From a virus, in the IMG/VR virus record IMGVR_UViG_3300032294_002055, positions 7,878 to 71,877 of that record: a stretch of 64,000 nucleotides of DNA; one strand, given 5' to 3'. Under the pieces are notes generated by a model. That model had not been told where the DNA came from, ran no database searches, and saw only the letters and a program-made list of their open reading frames with translations. Shown here one piece after another: positions 9,929-21,252 of the stretch. Positions within the stretch are counted from its first letter, which is position 1; every line of letters starts with the position of its first letter. The translations under genes were made by a program, and so were the position numbers.

Positions 9929-12584
9929 TCCATCCTTTTTTGCTAACACTAGTGGTTTAGGTCCTCAGACAGGAGGATTTAGTCCTACGCCTGCTGATGC
10001 TATTTCTTCTGCTTTTAGGCAGGCTTCAAGCAATGGATTATTAGAATATTCTTTATATAGTTCGCCGCGTGTAAGAGCATTATCCGGGATACTGGCTACT
10101 GGTCTGGCAGGTGATCCTGCTCAAGCTGCAAGACTTTCAGGTCAAAGTCAGCTATTAAAAGATGTATCTGCTTTAGCTGTAGCTGCAGGTCTAGTTCCCG
10201 GAGGTAGCCCCATGCAGCTGGCTTCTAGCGTGCAGCAAATGGTAGGTACGCAGGGTTTCAATGTAGGTGGAAACTTTGGGAGAAATAGTCCTGTGTTTGG
10301 TGGCGGCGTTATTACTGACATGATGTCTCGAAGTGTTTTTGATGCTGTCAAAAATAACTTTTATGACAAAATAACGGACTTACCGAAAAGAGCAGCACAT
10401 GGTTTGAACATGACTCAAATGTCAGAAGCCATGAATCAGTTAACCGCTAGAGGCGCTTTTCGTGGTATAGACATTGGTGAGCTTAACATGGATAAGAATG
10501 GCAAAGTCGATTTTAAGCTCGATAAGCAAAAAATGGAAAGGGTTAATAAAATATTCACTGATTATGCTGGGATGCTTAAAGATGCCAGAAAAATTTTTGG
10601 AGACCTACCTATAGCTGATTTAACACAAAATGCGGAGCGGTTAATCGGTACTTCTTTAAGAGAGTCAGGTAGTATAAGCGCTATGAGAAATCGTATGGCT
10701 AACATACAGGCTACATCTGCTGCTTTCGGTTTAAATCCAGCAGCTGTTGCAAACAGGATGATGGACATGACTGATTCTTTACAGATGGCTATGTATGCTA
10801 ATGCTATGAAAGATCCTCGCATGTCTAGAGATCCGCATATGCAGGCAATTACTGCTACGGCATTTGGACGTAATGCTGCGGATATTTCGCATGCCGCTAT
10901 AACAGGAGGTTTAGAAGCGGCGCATACTTCGACTGTAACATCCAATCTCTATGCTGAGAAAGGTGTATACATACCTACTATGAGTAGCGAAGATGCCGCT
11001 CAAGTTTTGGCCGGAACTATGCAGCAGATGCAGACAGGTCGAGACGAGCATGTGATTGGTAATGTTCTCGCAACAAGACACATGCTTTCTACTGGTAAAA
11101 TAAAAGATCCTGTGCTCGCAGCTAAATTAAAGGATTTAATGAATAAAACAATGTCGGCGGGCAGTGTTCAACAATCTGCTGAATTAAATCAGCAGATTGC
11201 GACTACATTAGCCGCAAATGGCATCAACATAGATAATTATAAAATGGGGCGTACAGATGCTGAAATGCGGCGTGAGTTAGATCCAGCTAGCAGCAAAGCC
11301 CAGTCATACGCGGAAGAAGTAGGTGCGCGACGACGTCTTGTAGAGGAAGGCACGATAGAAATGCATGAAAGAGGAGATGATTTTGGTTTATTTAATCCTG
11401 AAACTGGAGAAAAGAACAGAGAGCTATTCTCAGATTTCATGAGCGGAGTAAATAAAAAATCGCTAGATTCTCTTCTTGGTGCTGTGGGGGCTAATGGCGA
11501 GATTAATCAAGATCAATTAAATAAGGTATATGAAAGTACACCTATGTTGGCGCAGGCTATGCCTATGGCTAAGTTTAAAGAAATGATTTCTTCTTTCGCA
11601 AAAGACCCGGCTCGCGCAAAAGGTAATCTTGTAGATCAGATTAACGCAATGGCTACCACGATGCACCGAGGCTCTCGTTTGGCTGCTACAGGGTCTGCGC
11701 AAGAACGCTTAATGGCGGAGGAGCGTGCAGTTAAAAGCTATTTGCAAACAACTTCTTTAGGAGAGGGTATTGACCAGGAAAGTTTAGGTACTGAACTTAT
11801 GCGTGGGTTTTTTGGTGCTGGTAAAATTGATAACGAGGTTGTTATGGCGAGTCTTAAAAACAAAGGACAACTCGCCAGCTTTACCCAAAAAGCTGGTAAT
11901 ATGGGATTAGATTTAAATACTGAATCGTTAGGTAAATTGTCAGATACTATTGGCGCAGATAGTATGGCTAATATTGCTGCCGAATTAGGTATTGATCCCA
12001 GCGATAAAAAAGCATTAGCTGCTGCGCTTGGAACACCTCAAGGCTTTGCAGTTTTGCAGCGGAATCTTGGCACCAGCGGTATGCGAGTCAACAAAGATGG
12101 TACAGTTTCATTTGCCTCTGGCGCGGCTTTAGAAGAAGAAACTAAAGCTCTAGAGACGCAGGCTATGATGACTGCCGCTAAGAATTTGCTTGGCTCAGAT
12201 AAAAAAATAGGCGGAGATCTAAATACTGAAGAAGGTCGTGCGCAATATAATAAAGATGTATTAAACGAGCTGACGAAAGACAAGGGCAGCAGACTTACTG
12301 AGCTGGCAAAAACATTCAGCGATACTGATTTTTCCGGTAAAGAATTTGAAGCACTTTCTGCACTTTCTAAAAGTAACCCTGCCATTAGAAAAGCTATTCA
12401 AGATTCTGCTAAAGCAGCTAGAGCAGAAGGCACTGACGCAGGTAGAGAAAAATATAAGCAATTGAGCCGCTTAGACCGGGAACTTGCCGCTGATGCTGGC
12501 GGAGGAAATAAATATTTAGGCGTGCTTGAAATTATGTCAGAAAGTCTTACTCAATTAAAATTATTCCAAGAATCTGGAGGTTAA
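9918..12584 (+). CDS. tape measure protein
   Basis: 888 aa, Ala/Gly/Met-rich and predicted helical; follows the chaperone pair. Confidence 0.7.
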   Translation: MSINPSFFANTSGLGPQTGGFSPTPADAISSAFRQASSNGLLEYSLYSSPRVRALSGILATGLAGDPAQAARLSGQSQLLKDVSALAVAAGLVPGGSPMQLASSVQQMVGTQGFNVGGNFGRNSPVFGGGVITDMMSRSVFDAVKNNFYDKITDLPKRAAHGLNMTQMSEAMNQLTARGAFRGIDIGELNMDKNGKVDFKLDKQKMERVNKIFTDYAGMLKDARKIFGDLPIADLTQNAERLIGTSLRESGSISAMRNRMANIQATSAAFGLNPAAVANRMMDMTDSLQMAMYANAMKDPRMSRDPHMQAITATAFGRNAADISHAAITGGLEAAHTSTVTSNLYAEKGVYIPTMSSEDAAQVLAGTMQQMQTGRDEHVIGNVLATRHMLSTGKIKDPVLAAKLKDLMNKTMSAGSVQQSAELNQQIATTLAANGINIDNYKMGRTDAEMRRELDPASSKAQSYAEEVGARRRLVEEGTIEMHERGDDFGLFNPETGEKNRELFSDFMSGVNKKSLDSLLGAVGANGEINQDQLNKVYESTPMLAQAMPMAKFKEMISSFAKDPARAKGNLVDQINAMATTMHRGSRLAATGSAQERLMAEERAVKSYLQTTSLGEGIDQESLGTELMRGFFGAGKIDNEVVMASLKNKGQLASFTQKAGNMGLDLNTESLGKLSDTIGADSMANIAAELGIDPSDKKALAAALGTPQGFAVLQRNLGTSGMRVNKDGTVSFASGAALEEETKALETQAMMTAAKNLLGSDKKIGGDLNTEEGRAQYNKDVLNELTKDKGSRLTELAKTFSDTDFSGKEFEALSALSKSNPAIRKAIQDSAKAARAEGTDAGREKYKQLSRLDRELAADAGGGNKYLGVLEIMSESLTQLKLFQESGG

Positions 12585-12587
12585 TCA

Positions 12588-13061
12588 ATGGCCATACTAT
12601 CACCATGTCGAGGTAATGTTTATAAAGTGGATCCAACGGGCGGCGAAGGTAATAGCTCGGGGGATATTGGATTTTATTACATTCCAGATCTTAAAGCTAA
12701 AAAAGGACCTGGAGACGCGCTGCTTGTCATGAGCGTCAGTCCGCAGAAAAGCGATGTAGTAGCTCCAATAATTACCTTAGAAAATACTAGAATACTTTAT
12801 TCATTCGGCGCTAATTTTGGAAACATAACTATATCAGGTATGATATTACTTGGTAAATCAGGAAATCCCGGGGAGTCATTGAAAACGCTTGTAGACTTCT
12901 TTGAAGAAAAAAGAGTGTCTAAATCGACTAGCCCCATAAAGGTATCGGGACCTGGCACGGCTTGGCAAGTATTCTTGACAGGTTTAAATATTGGTGAAGC
13001 CGATAGTGTGAACAACACGCAGTCTTTTGCTTTGACGGGTATTATCGCAGAACCTAAATAA
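12588..13061 (+). CDS. putative tube-initiator/baseplate protein
   Basis: Tube-like fold motif (ILYSFGANFGNITISGMIL) after the tape measure gene. Confidence 0.5.
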   Translation: MAILSPCRGNVYKVDPTGGEGNSSGDIGFYYIPDLKAKKGPGDALLVMSVSPQKSDVVAPIITLENTRILYSFGANFGNITISGMILLGKSGNPGESLKTLVDFFEEKRVSKSTSPIKVSGPGTAWQVFLTGLNIGEADSVNNTQSFALTGIIAEPK

Positions 13062-13064
13062 CAT

Positions 13065-13826
13065 ATGCGTAACGCTGTATTACATTTAATTACAAACAAG
13101 TCTGGAGACTTTGGTTCATCTGTTTTACCAGAGAATAGTTTCTATGCTCCCCATACACCAACAGAAGCTGAAGCATTTATCAGATCTAGGCTGTTAATTA
13201 ATGACTCTAATTATCATTTAGTAAACAGCATGTTAGCTGTCTACGCATTTCCAGAAATACTTTCTGATTTCCGGGAAACTTCTAGGACATTTGATTTTAA
13301 AGATTTACAAAAAAATGTTGTGTCAATAGCAGGAGCATCCTATGCTAATACACCAACAGAAAATTTTAATATTGTAAATGTGCCTGATACTTTTCCTTCT
13401 GCCAGTTATTTTAATTGGACTATTAAATATCAAGATTATGAAAATCTAGTTTTCATTGGTTGCGATACTAGCTATACAATTCCGTATACTTTGACGGAAA
13501 CAGTACAAGATGCTATTACTTACAGAATCATATCTGCTGACTGGCCCGTTGTAACTGGAATTAAGGGAGGCTTCTCTTTAGATCCTTCTACAGATTGGAG
13601 TACTGGTAATTCATTTTCTCTGACTGTGTACCCTGCAATATTTCCATATGAAGCTGCAATTAATTATGTAAACAAATTCGCAGAGACAGCTACGCTATTA
13701 ACTAATACGGGATTAGCGCGTAACTATTATAATGCGCAATCGTACATTGAAAAATATGCTACACTAATGCTTGCTTTAGCAGATGCAGATAATAATAACC
13801 CTAAAGTAGCAAGTACTTGTAACTAA
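13065..13826 (+). CDS. hypothetical virion protein
   Basis: Tightly packed ORF within the tail/baseplate operon. Confidence 0.5.
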   Translation: MRNAVLHLITNKSGDFGSSVLPENSFYAPHTPTEAEAFIRSRLLINDSNYHLVNSMLAVYAFPEILSDFRETSRTFDFKDLQKNVVSIAGASYANTPTENFNIVNVPDTFPSASYFNWTIKYQDYENLVFIGCDTSYTIPYTLTETVQDAITYRIISADWPVVTGIKGGFSLDPSTDWSTGNSFSLTVYPAIFPYEAAINYVNKFAETATLLTNTGLARNYYNAQSYIEKYATLMLALADADNNNPKVASTCN

Positions 13827-13828
13827 TT

Positions 13829-15286
13829 ATGGCCGCTGCAAATAAAGTTGAAGTAAGAAAGCCAAAAGTCACCATACCCGGTGAATCTACTGATTCTATT
13901 ACTTATCGTGCGACTGTTCCTGTCAGTTCTTCTATAGCGGGCTGTCCTGCTATACGTTATTCCTCTCATAAAGCTGGAGGAGATAGAATAGAAAATCCTA
14001 CAGCTAAAGAGTTAATTGCAAAAATAGCGGAAGCTCAAACTAAAATGTTTGAAGCTCCTACTAAAAATGAAATCATAATAGAAGATGGCGGTGGTAATTT
14101 TGTTGTGTTTCAGGGTTACGACACAGGGCCTCACCATGATCTAATGTTTGGCGGTGTAAATAATGGTAAAAGTTTAGTGCATCGCTGTGCGCGTCTTTTC
14201 TTTATTAATACTTCAATTTATATGCCACCTCGAGCGAAGCCTGGGGAAAAGGTACCTCCAACAGCTGCAGCAGTTACGACTCTCAATGCAGCCAAAAATC
14301 CATGTGAAGCTCTAAAAATAGTTTTAGAAAAAATTATAAAAGATAGCAAGGTTACTTTAGGCGCAGACACTACAGAAAATAAAATTCGTAAAAAGATACA
14401 TGCGGATAATTTAAAGATATTAAATGAAGAGTGGTACCCAATTTTAAATGCTAGTACAGAGTCTGGGATTCCTGCGTGGGAATCTGCTATGAATACTAAG
14501 CCACTTAGACTACAAATATATACTCAAATTAGAGACGTCTATTTAGGCGGTACTGCTGACTTCTCTTCGATTATTTCTACATTTGAAAATTTATTTCAGA
14601 TGAGGTTTATACCTGGACATATGGGCACGACCTCGGGAAAATTTATTCCTTTGTCCGCACTACTTTCAGATGCTGAAGATAAAGAAGTAAATATTGCAAG
14701 TCTATCCATGAATCCCGGACCAAGAAAGTTTCTTGCTCCTACCGCAGTTGCTATTCGCGGACTACCTTCAGATGAATTAGATCCTACAGCTGCTGCCCAG
14801 TCTTCAGCGGGACCTGGTATGATTTCATGGCCTGATCCCCTACCTGAAGCAGGACAGACATTAGTAATGCAACTGCCTGCATGGTTACCTTCTAGTATGT
14901 TTCCTAACTTCATTGTTAAAGGAGGAACTAATTTAGATTTTAAAGCAAACTTTGAGGCAGTTAAAGGTATAGAAGCTCAAAAACTTTTAAGCGCGTTTTT
15001 AGTAAAAAGAATTTGTTCTGATATTGCGCGGTTAGCTTACAATGACATTTCTTTACAGGATGCTGTTGCGACTATTGTTTGTCCTTTGGATGTCAGTTGG
15101 GAGCTAGGTAAACGCTATTCAATTAAGCAACCTAGTACTACCTCCGGAGATAGTTCAGTTTTATTCTCTGGCTTCTTGAGAGATGTTCAACATAGAGTAA
15201 GTTCTAATCCATCAAAAGCAGAGGCAACTACACAGTTGACTTTTTCTCATGTAGAAGCTACTGGATTTACTTTACCTAATAAATAA
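13829..15286 (+). CDS. putative baseplate hub protein (gp27/gp44-like)
   Basis: C-terminal LFSGFLRDVQHRVS...TTQLTFSHV typical of hub proteins; synteny. Confidence 0.5.
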   Translation: MAAANKVEVRKPKVTIPGESTDSITYRATVPVSSSIAGCPAIRYSSHKAGGDRIENPTAKELIAKIAEAQTKMFEAPTKNEIIIEDGGGNFVVFQGYDTGPHHDLMFGGVNNGKSLVHRCARLFFINTSIYMPPRAKPGEKVPPTAAAVTTLNAAKNPCEALKIVLEKIIKDSKVTLGADTTENKIRKKIHADNLKILNEEWYPILNASTESGIPAWESAMNTKPLRLQIYTQIRDVYLGGTADFSSIISTFENLFQMRFIPGHMGTTSGKFIPLSALLSDAEDKEVNIASLSMNPGPRKFLAPTAVAIRGLPSDELDPTAAAQSSAGPGMISWPDPLPEAGQTLVMQLPAWLPSSMFPNFIVKGGTNLDFKANFEAVKGIEAQKLLSAFLVKRICSDIARLAYNDISLQDAVATIVCPLDVSWELGKRYSIKQPSTTSGDSSVLFSGFLRDVQHRVSSNPSKAEATTQLTFSHVEATGFTLPNK

Positions 15287-18200
15287 TGGACAGAGACCAA
15301 CAACGGCAAAATAAACGTAATATCGTTTCTGGATTTTCCTGTACTGCGGGTGCTGAGTTGCCTTCTATTATAAGTCCTACAGGTAGACCTGGGGCTGCTT
15401 GCGATCCTGCACCTACAGCGCCAATACCTTTTGCTGCTGTTACTCCTCCGCCTTGTCCTCCGCCGCTTCCGGTCCCTTTAAATCTTCCTCCGGGACTCAC
15501 GGTTATTAATGACATTACAACTGCTTACTGTCCATCAACTGGGGGTTACAGTGTAACGGGAACTACTGCTTCTACAGTAGCCGCAGGCGCTCAACAACAG
15601 ATTGTACTTTTTACTGCTCTAGCAAATATCACGGAGAACCAGTTAAATTATTTGTATGAAGTAGTTCCTAGTTCTAGTACAGCGATTATTTCTGCTGCTT
15701 TGAGTGGCGCTACTAGTACGGTTATCAATTTAACGCATTTAAACTATGCGCAGTCTGAAGAATTAATAATTACAATTCAGGATGCTAAATTTACAGTCAA
15801 TACTTTGGCTGTAGAGCAAGCACGTAATCTTCTTGTCTGCCAGGTAGAGAATAATTTACAAGTAGCGCAATGCCCTAGCGGTGCTTACTTTGGTCCTACC
15901 GCAGCAGTACCCCCTGGACTGCCGTATGTTCCTTCTGCTACATCTTCGACTGGATCTGTTTTAGTTACATTTGCTTTGACTCCTACTGCTGGTGGTCAAA
16001 CAGCATTTACTCTGTTAAATATCCCAAGTCTTACCGCAGCTGCAGCACAAGCTAATAGCTTAGCTCTTGCACAGGCGGAAAGTACTTTACGCTGTGTGTA
16101 CGGTAACGCAGCCACAGCCGCTGCTTGCTGTACTTCTGAAGCGCCAGGAAACAATTTAGGATTCACTTACTGTGTTCCTGCGACTGGCCCGACTATACCG
16201 GGATCAGCTACTGCGGTGGGCTATTTTTCGGTAGCCGCTAATACAATTTTTTCGGTAGTTTCCGCTACTGAAGCGAACAGTGTAGCTAGAGAATTATCTA
16301 GAAATTCTTTAAACTGTTATTTTCCTAGTACAGGAACTACAGCTACATGTGCAGGAACCGGACCTACTGGTTTAGGCTTGACGGGTCCTTTTGCTCCGAC
16401 TTCTACCACGTCAATATACCTCGAGCCCGGCGCAGTAATTTTATATGACTTGGATTCCAGTGTTACTGCTGCCAATCAACAAGCTTTGTTGCTTGCTCAG
16501 GCATCTCTTAATTGTTTCTGGAGCAACGCGGAGCAGACAGCGTTCTGCCCGCCTTCGGGTACCTTTACTGCAATTAATAATATAATATATAATTTAGCAG
16601 CTAGTGAAACTGCTTCTGCTAATTATTCCAGTACTGTTTCCGCAGATACTGTAATATCCTATGAAAGTTATTTTGAGGCCAACCAGCAGGCTTTACAATT
16701 AGCAAGAGCTAATCTTTCATGCACATATTGTAACAATGCAGTTCCTGCTACTTGTAGCGGAGGTGTAAATGCGACTATAGGAGCTGAAGATGATTTAGTT
16801 TGTAATGTTATTGCAGAGGTGGCGCAAAATACTGCAATATCTCTAGGTAGTATTTTAGTCAATAATTCTGAAGGTGGTATTAACTGCTGTTATGGAAATG
16901 ACCCAGTAGAAAATACACTTCTGTGTGGGCCTGACGCTTTGTACGACCCTGCTTCTACATTCACTAGCGCTGACAGCTTCTTCCTCCCGGCTAACATTAT
17001 AACAGTATGTCAGTCGACTACAGCACCACCGCCTCCTCCTTTACTCTGGTCTTATGAAAATCTTTTTGCTACTAATGTAGCAACTGTAGGCTGTTGCTCG
17101 GACATTCTTCTGTGTGGAGGAATTACAGGGTCTTTAACTGCGCTACCTCCGATTTGGGCTGAAGCCACTAATCTATTTAATGGTTTAGGAATTGGTGCTA
17201 CTTTTTATACTGACGAATCAGGCACTACTCCATATACATTCCCAGCTGGATCTGCATTTGTTGTTTCCAGATCTGGCGCTAGATACTATAGAAGCATTAC
17301 GGGTTCTCCTGGTTATACTGAAAATTTAGCAGCATGTACCGCATGTCAGGGATTAACGGGTTATGCGTTTAGAGGTGCGACATTAGGAAACTACTTTGCT
17401 GCCAGCGCTACGTACGCTTACGCGGATATATTCTGCGGCGGGCCTACTGCTCAGAATATAACTCTATACACTGCTTCGCTCAATCCATTTGCAGCTATAC
17501 CTAATTCTTGGTATTTAGATCCTTGCGGTTTAAGTGCATTTAACCCTGTAGTTGCTCCTGGCTCCACTAATTATTATTACGCTGGACATTTATCTGGTAC
17601 TACAGGCACTATGCTGGTATTCAATACGCAGGGTGCTAATACTTCTGTACTAGATGGGCAATACAGTACTACTGCTTGTCCTGTATCTAAATATCCTTAT
17701 GCTGTATACATAAACAATACGGCATGTAGTACTGCTAGCGGAGCTACAACTTTGTACGGTACGACTGCTGCGCCTAACTTATTCACTTCTTATACAGGCT
17801 CTACTGTATTCTACGCACAGCAATTCAATGATAGTTCCGTATACTCTTATCCTTCAGGCACAGGCTACATAACTTATGTAGCACCTGATACGACTTTTTA
17901 TACTAGAGTTATAAACGGTTCTACTGCAGGCGAACTGATTCAATGCAATACCCTGTATAGTGTTACTGTACAATGGTCGAATACAGCAGCAGCTGATGTC
18001 TGCAATTATCCTAATCATTTCGATCCATCTAATACCGGGATTTATAATTCAAACATAAGGTCATTATGGTGTAATGTGGAAAACCCATTTACTAATGGCG
18101 CATCCGCTAAATTTTATACGAGTCCTTTTCCGTTTAATGCCAATCTCTTTAAACCTGGAGTTTCTGGTACTGTTTACCTCTCCAAGTTTTCTCCCGGAGA

Positions 18201-20844
18201 TACATATAGAAACGCTTATAGAGAATATACTTGGAGTAATACAACCTCGACTTTAAAAAGTTATACAGGCGATTTTAAAGCCAGCCCATTCCTAACATCA
18301 ACTGTTTGGGCTCACAGTGCTACAGCAAATTTAATGGGTGCTACTGCTGTAGGTACTAGACCTTATACTAAATTTTTATTAAATGCTTCTGGTTGTACAG
18401 CTAATTCTACGTATTCAGATATTAAAGTAGCACTACCTCAAAACCCTAGCATACTTTCTAAAACTTATAAGACTATACCTTTTGCGCCTGTTGCTAATGA
18501 CTTATATAGTAAGTTCTTGCTGTTCGATGGTATTGGTTATGAACTGTCCTCCAATGCATCCGGTACAGCGAGCAATACTAGCTTTGTTCTAAATGATCTT
18601 ACCAAGGTTGGCGCTGGGTTTACTGGTGCTATTGTGCGCGCCGCTAATCAGCAGTTAATCGGTAATTACCAGTTTGGTTTTCCAAACTTTACTGCGATTC
18701 CCACTTATATTTCTAGCATCAATACAACTTCAGGCGCGATTAGTCTTGGGGGTTATTACAACCAGATAAACACATCTTTTTCTGGTACCGCTGTATATGT
18801 TACAGGTTTCAAAATAGAAGCAGGCAACTGGACTGGCTCTCAATTCACTTGTTACGGTGATTTGTGCAGTAAGGTTGATGTAGGTCATTCTATATACTCA
18901 TATTACACCGGACCATTGGGTCCTACTTCTTCTTTTGGTTATGTTACCAGAGTTGTTGGAAACACTGTATACTACACAGGAGCGCCGGGGTATAATAACT
19001 TTGCTTCTTTTGATATAGGTACTGGTGCCTCTCACGGCTCAGGACATGTTTATATTCAAGGTAAGCAATTCACTCGATTCTGGGGCGACGATAATAAAAC
19101 CCAACCTTTGTATTTTGATTTACAAAGTAATGCTTATAATTATTTATGGACGCAGACTGATGGTAGCACCTCGCAGCTTGTTAATTACACATCTTCAAAA
19201 AATTTAGTATTGGGAAATACAGCTGGTTCTACGGCTTCTTTTATAATAGCGGGTGTTAATTACAATTATACTCCAGCTACGGTAGCGCCACGGCCTTACA
19301 GCTATTACACTGGAACTAGTGTTACTTACGAACCCCTGACAAATCAATATCTTACCGATAGCTACTATTATAATTGCGACGGAACTGTAGATCTTGTAGG
19401 TGAAGTTGTCCCTTTTACAACTCTAGGTATAATAGATAGTTGCTGCGACACTGTTGCTCCTGCTGACTTTTATTTAGGCGGTACTGTGTCAGCCTGTATG
19501 TACTTCAGCACGTACGGTACTGCGGGCGTTGACCACTCTTACTGTTCTGCCACTTGTGATAGAGTAGAAATAGGTAACGGGCAATATTGGCAAGGAGGTA
19601 CTACATTAAATGGTACTTATATTGTAGAGGGTGTGCCCGAAGGAAGTTATGGTCCTTCAGGTCAGCAAGGGGGTGGTGCAGGACCTATAGTGGCTCAAGG
19701 ATTGTTTGATCTGTCTTTTGCTTCTACTTATTTTGTAGCTGGTAATAAAGTAAATGTTTATCCTTGTAACGCAGCATTTGGTAACATTGCACCTGCGCCG
19801 ACTTTATCTTTTGGTTGGACGCGCGAGTTTATAGGTTATTACGATACTTCCGATCCTTACGATCCTATATATCCTTTCGACTACTCTTATCCCGGAGGAG
19901 GTACAGCTGTAAATTCGCCAACTTATTTTGCTCAGCAAAATGGTGCGGGTCTTAATGTCGGTTATGTATTTAAAGAATATGAGCCTGCAATAAGTCCTGG
20001 ACAGCCTGCGGCAGAAACAGGTTGTAATTGCGGTAACTTTACGGCCATAGAATACAGCTTAACTTCTGGTAGACGCTACAGTATATGGTCAACAACTGCA
20101 GAAGCTTGGTCGACGGTGTATCAAAACGAGCCAGGTGATTATCCTACCATGGTTTTTAACTCATGTACCGCAGGTTGTACACCAATATACACATGCACTG
20201 ATCGTGACGATTGTGACTCAGGCGCTCCAGGCCTTCGTGCTGCTCCCGCTTCTTTAGAAGTTATAAATTATAATCCTTCAGAATTACCTTCTTTTGATTT
20301 TACTTCAGCGCCTAGCGTAGGCGGTACTGCTGAGGATCTTAAAGCGGAGGCCACGGCCATTGCCCAAACTTTAGTTAATAGTTTTGTACGTTGTTATTAT
20401 TTAAATGATACGCAAGTAGGACAAGAATGTCCAGGTACTGATATAACCGCCTCTATAGGACAAGTAGCTGCCGGGGAAGTTATAAGTTTTTATAGTAAAG
20501 AAGACGCAAACAATAGAGCGCAAGATATAGCAAATTCTAGAACTGTATGCCTTAATAGCAGTATTATAAGTGGCGCTGGTTGCGCTTCTACTGAAATATC
20601 CAATGCCGAAGGTAGTGATGACAATGAGCTAATCGATGTTTCAATGACATTTCCAAAAAGTGGTTGCGTTTTCAGTCCAACTATTTCTATTACAACGAGC
20701 TTAACATTAGAACCTTTAAGTTTCACGCCAGTTACTATTTGTACTGGGGGAGGTGAAACTATAACTCGCTATCTACTTGGCATAGATGGTGACTACTCCG
20801 GACAAAATGTAAGCGTACCTGTTAAATTTCTAGATCCTCCTTAA
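15286..20844 (+). CDS. giant Cys/Thr-rich repeat protein, probable fibre or adhesin with DUF5977-like repeats
   Basis: 1852 aa, about 55 Cys by hand count; recurring units like VSADTVISYESYFEANQQALQLARANLSC. Confidence 0.55.
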   Translation: MDRDQQRQNKRNIVSGFSCTAGAELPSIISPTGRPGAACDPAPTAPIPFAAVTPPPCPPPLPVPLNLPPGLTVINDITTAYCPSTGGYSVTGTTASTVAAGAQQQIVLFTALANITENQLNYLYEVVPSSSTAIISAALSGATSTVINLTHLNYAQSEELIITIQDAKFTVNTLAVEQARNLLVCQVENNLQVAQCPSGAYFGPTAAVPPGLPYVPSATSSTGSVLVTFALTPTAGGQTAFTLLNIPSLTAAAAQANSLALAQAESTLRCVYGNAATAAACCTSEAPGNNLGFTYCVPATGPTIPGSATAVGYFSVAANTIFSVVSATEANSVARELSRNSLNCYFPSTGTTATCAGTGPTGLGLTGPFAPTSTTSIYLEPGAVILYDLDSSVTAANQQALLLAQASLNCFWSNAEQTAFCPPSGTFTAINNIIYNLAASETASANYSSTVSADTVISYESYFEANQQALQLARANLSCTYCNNAVPATCSGGVNATIGAEDDLVCNVIAEVAQNTAISLGSILVNNSEGGINCCYGNDPVENTLLCGPDALYDPASTFTSADSFFLPANIITVCQSTTAPPPPPLLWSYENLFATNVATVGCCSDILLCGGITGSLTALPPIWAEATNLFNGLGIGATFYTDESGTTPYTFPAGSAFVVSRSGARYYRSITGSPGYTENLAACTACQGLTGYAFRGATLGNYFAASATYAYADIFCGGPTAQNITLYTASLNPFAAIPNSWYLDPCGLSAFNPVVAPGSTNYYYAGHLSGTTGTMLVFNTQGANTSVLDGQYSTTACPVSKYPYAVYINNTACSTASGATTLYGTTAAPNLFTSYTGSTVFYAQQFNDSSVYSYPSGTGYITYVAPDTTFYTRVINGSTAGELIQCNTLYSVTVQWSNTAAADVCNYPNHFDPSNTGIYNSNIRSLWCNVENPFTNGASAKFYTSPFPFNANLFKPGVSGTVYLSKFSPGDTYRNAYREYTWSNTTSTLKSYTGDFKASPFLTSTVWAHSATANLMGATAVGTRPYTKFLLNASGCTANSTYSDIKVALPQNPSILSKTYKTIPFAPVANDLYSKFLLFDGIGYELSSNASGTASNTSFVLNDLTKVGAGFTGAIVRAANQQLIGNYQFGFPNFTAIPTYISSINTTSGAISLGGYYNQINTSFSGTAVYVTGFKIEAGNWTGSQFTCYGDLCSKVDVGHSIYSYYTGPLGPTSSFGYVTRVVGNTVYYTGAPGYNNFASFDIGTGASHGSGHVYIQGKQFTRFWGDDNKTQPLYFDLQSNAYNYLWTQTDGSTSQLVNYTSSKNLVLGNTAGSTASFIIAGVNYNYTPATVAPRPYSYYTGTSVTYEPLTNQYLTDSYYYNCDGTVDLVGEVVPFTTLGIIDSCCDTVAPADFYLGGTVSACMYFSTYGTAGVDHSYCSATCDRVEIGNGQYWQGGTTLNGTYIVEGVPEGSYGPSGQQGGGAGPIVAQGLFDLSFASTYFVAGNKVNVYPCNAAFGNIAPAPTLSFGWTREFIGYYDTSDPYDPIYPFDYSYPGGGTAVNSPTYFAQQNGAGLNVGYVFKEYEPAISPGQPAAETGCNCGNFTAIEYSLTSGRRYSIWSTTAEAWSTVYQNEPGDYPTMVFNSCTAGCTPIYTCTDRDDCDSGAPGLRAAPASLEVINYNPSELPSFDFTSAPSVGGTAEDLKAEATAIAQTLVNSFVRCYYLNDTQVGQECPGTDITASIGQVAAGEVISFYSKEDANNRAQDIANSRTVCLNSSIISGAGCASTEISNAEGSDDNELIDVSMTFPKSGCVFSPTISITTSLTLEPLSFTPVTICTGGGETITRYLLGIDGDYSGQNVSVPVKFLDPP

Positions 20845-20849
20845 CCGTA

Positions 20850-21251
20850 ATGAGTAAATTAGAACTATATATTTTGGGTTCTTTGTGTGTTAGCAGTATG
20901 ATGATGTGGTGGTTTACCACAAATCTACCTATACACATTGTTCAAATACTGCATAAACTTGGGCTGAAGAAAGACGATAAAGAATTCTGGGAATCAGACA
21001 CGCCTATACACTTGTGGACGCAGTTTGATTTTAGTCAGTGGAAAATGCGTAGCATTCCTGCCTGGCTAGATGAACTCACCTCATGTCCCGGATGCTTTAG
21101 CATGCACTTGAGTTTTTGGATTTCTGCTGTTTTCTCAATTTTAACCTGGACAGGTTACGACTCTTTTATATTGTTTTTACTTGCTTGGTTAGGTTGGCCA
21201 TATATTAGTAACATCAATTTAGCTATTCTAAAAAAACTAAACAAACACTGA
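20850..21251 (+). CDS. small membrane protein with CxxC (DUF1360-like)
   Basis: Hydrophobic helices flanking LTSCPGCFSMHLSFW. Confidence 0.55.
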   Translation: MSKLELYILGSLCVSSMMMWWFTTNLPIHIVQILHKLGLKKDDKEFWESDTPIHLWTQFDFSQWKMRSIPAWLDELTSCPGCFSMHLSFWISAVFSILTWTGYDSFILFLLAWLGWPYISNINLAILKKLNKH

Positions 21252-21252
21252 T

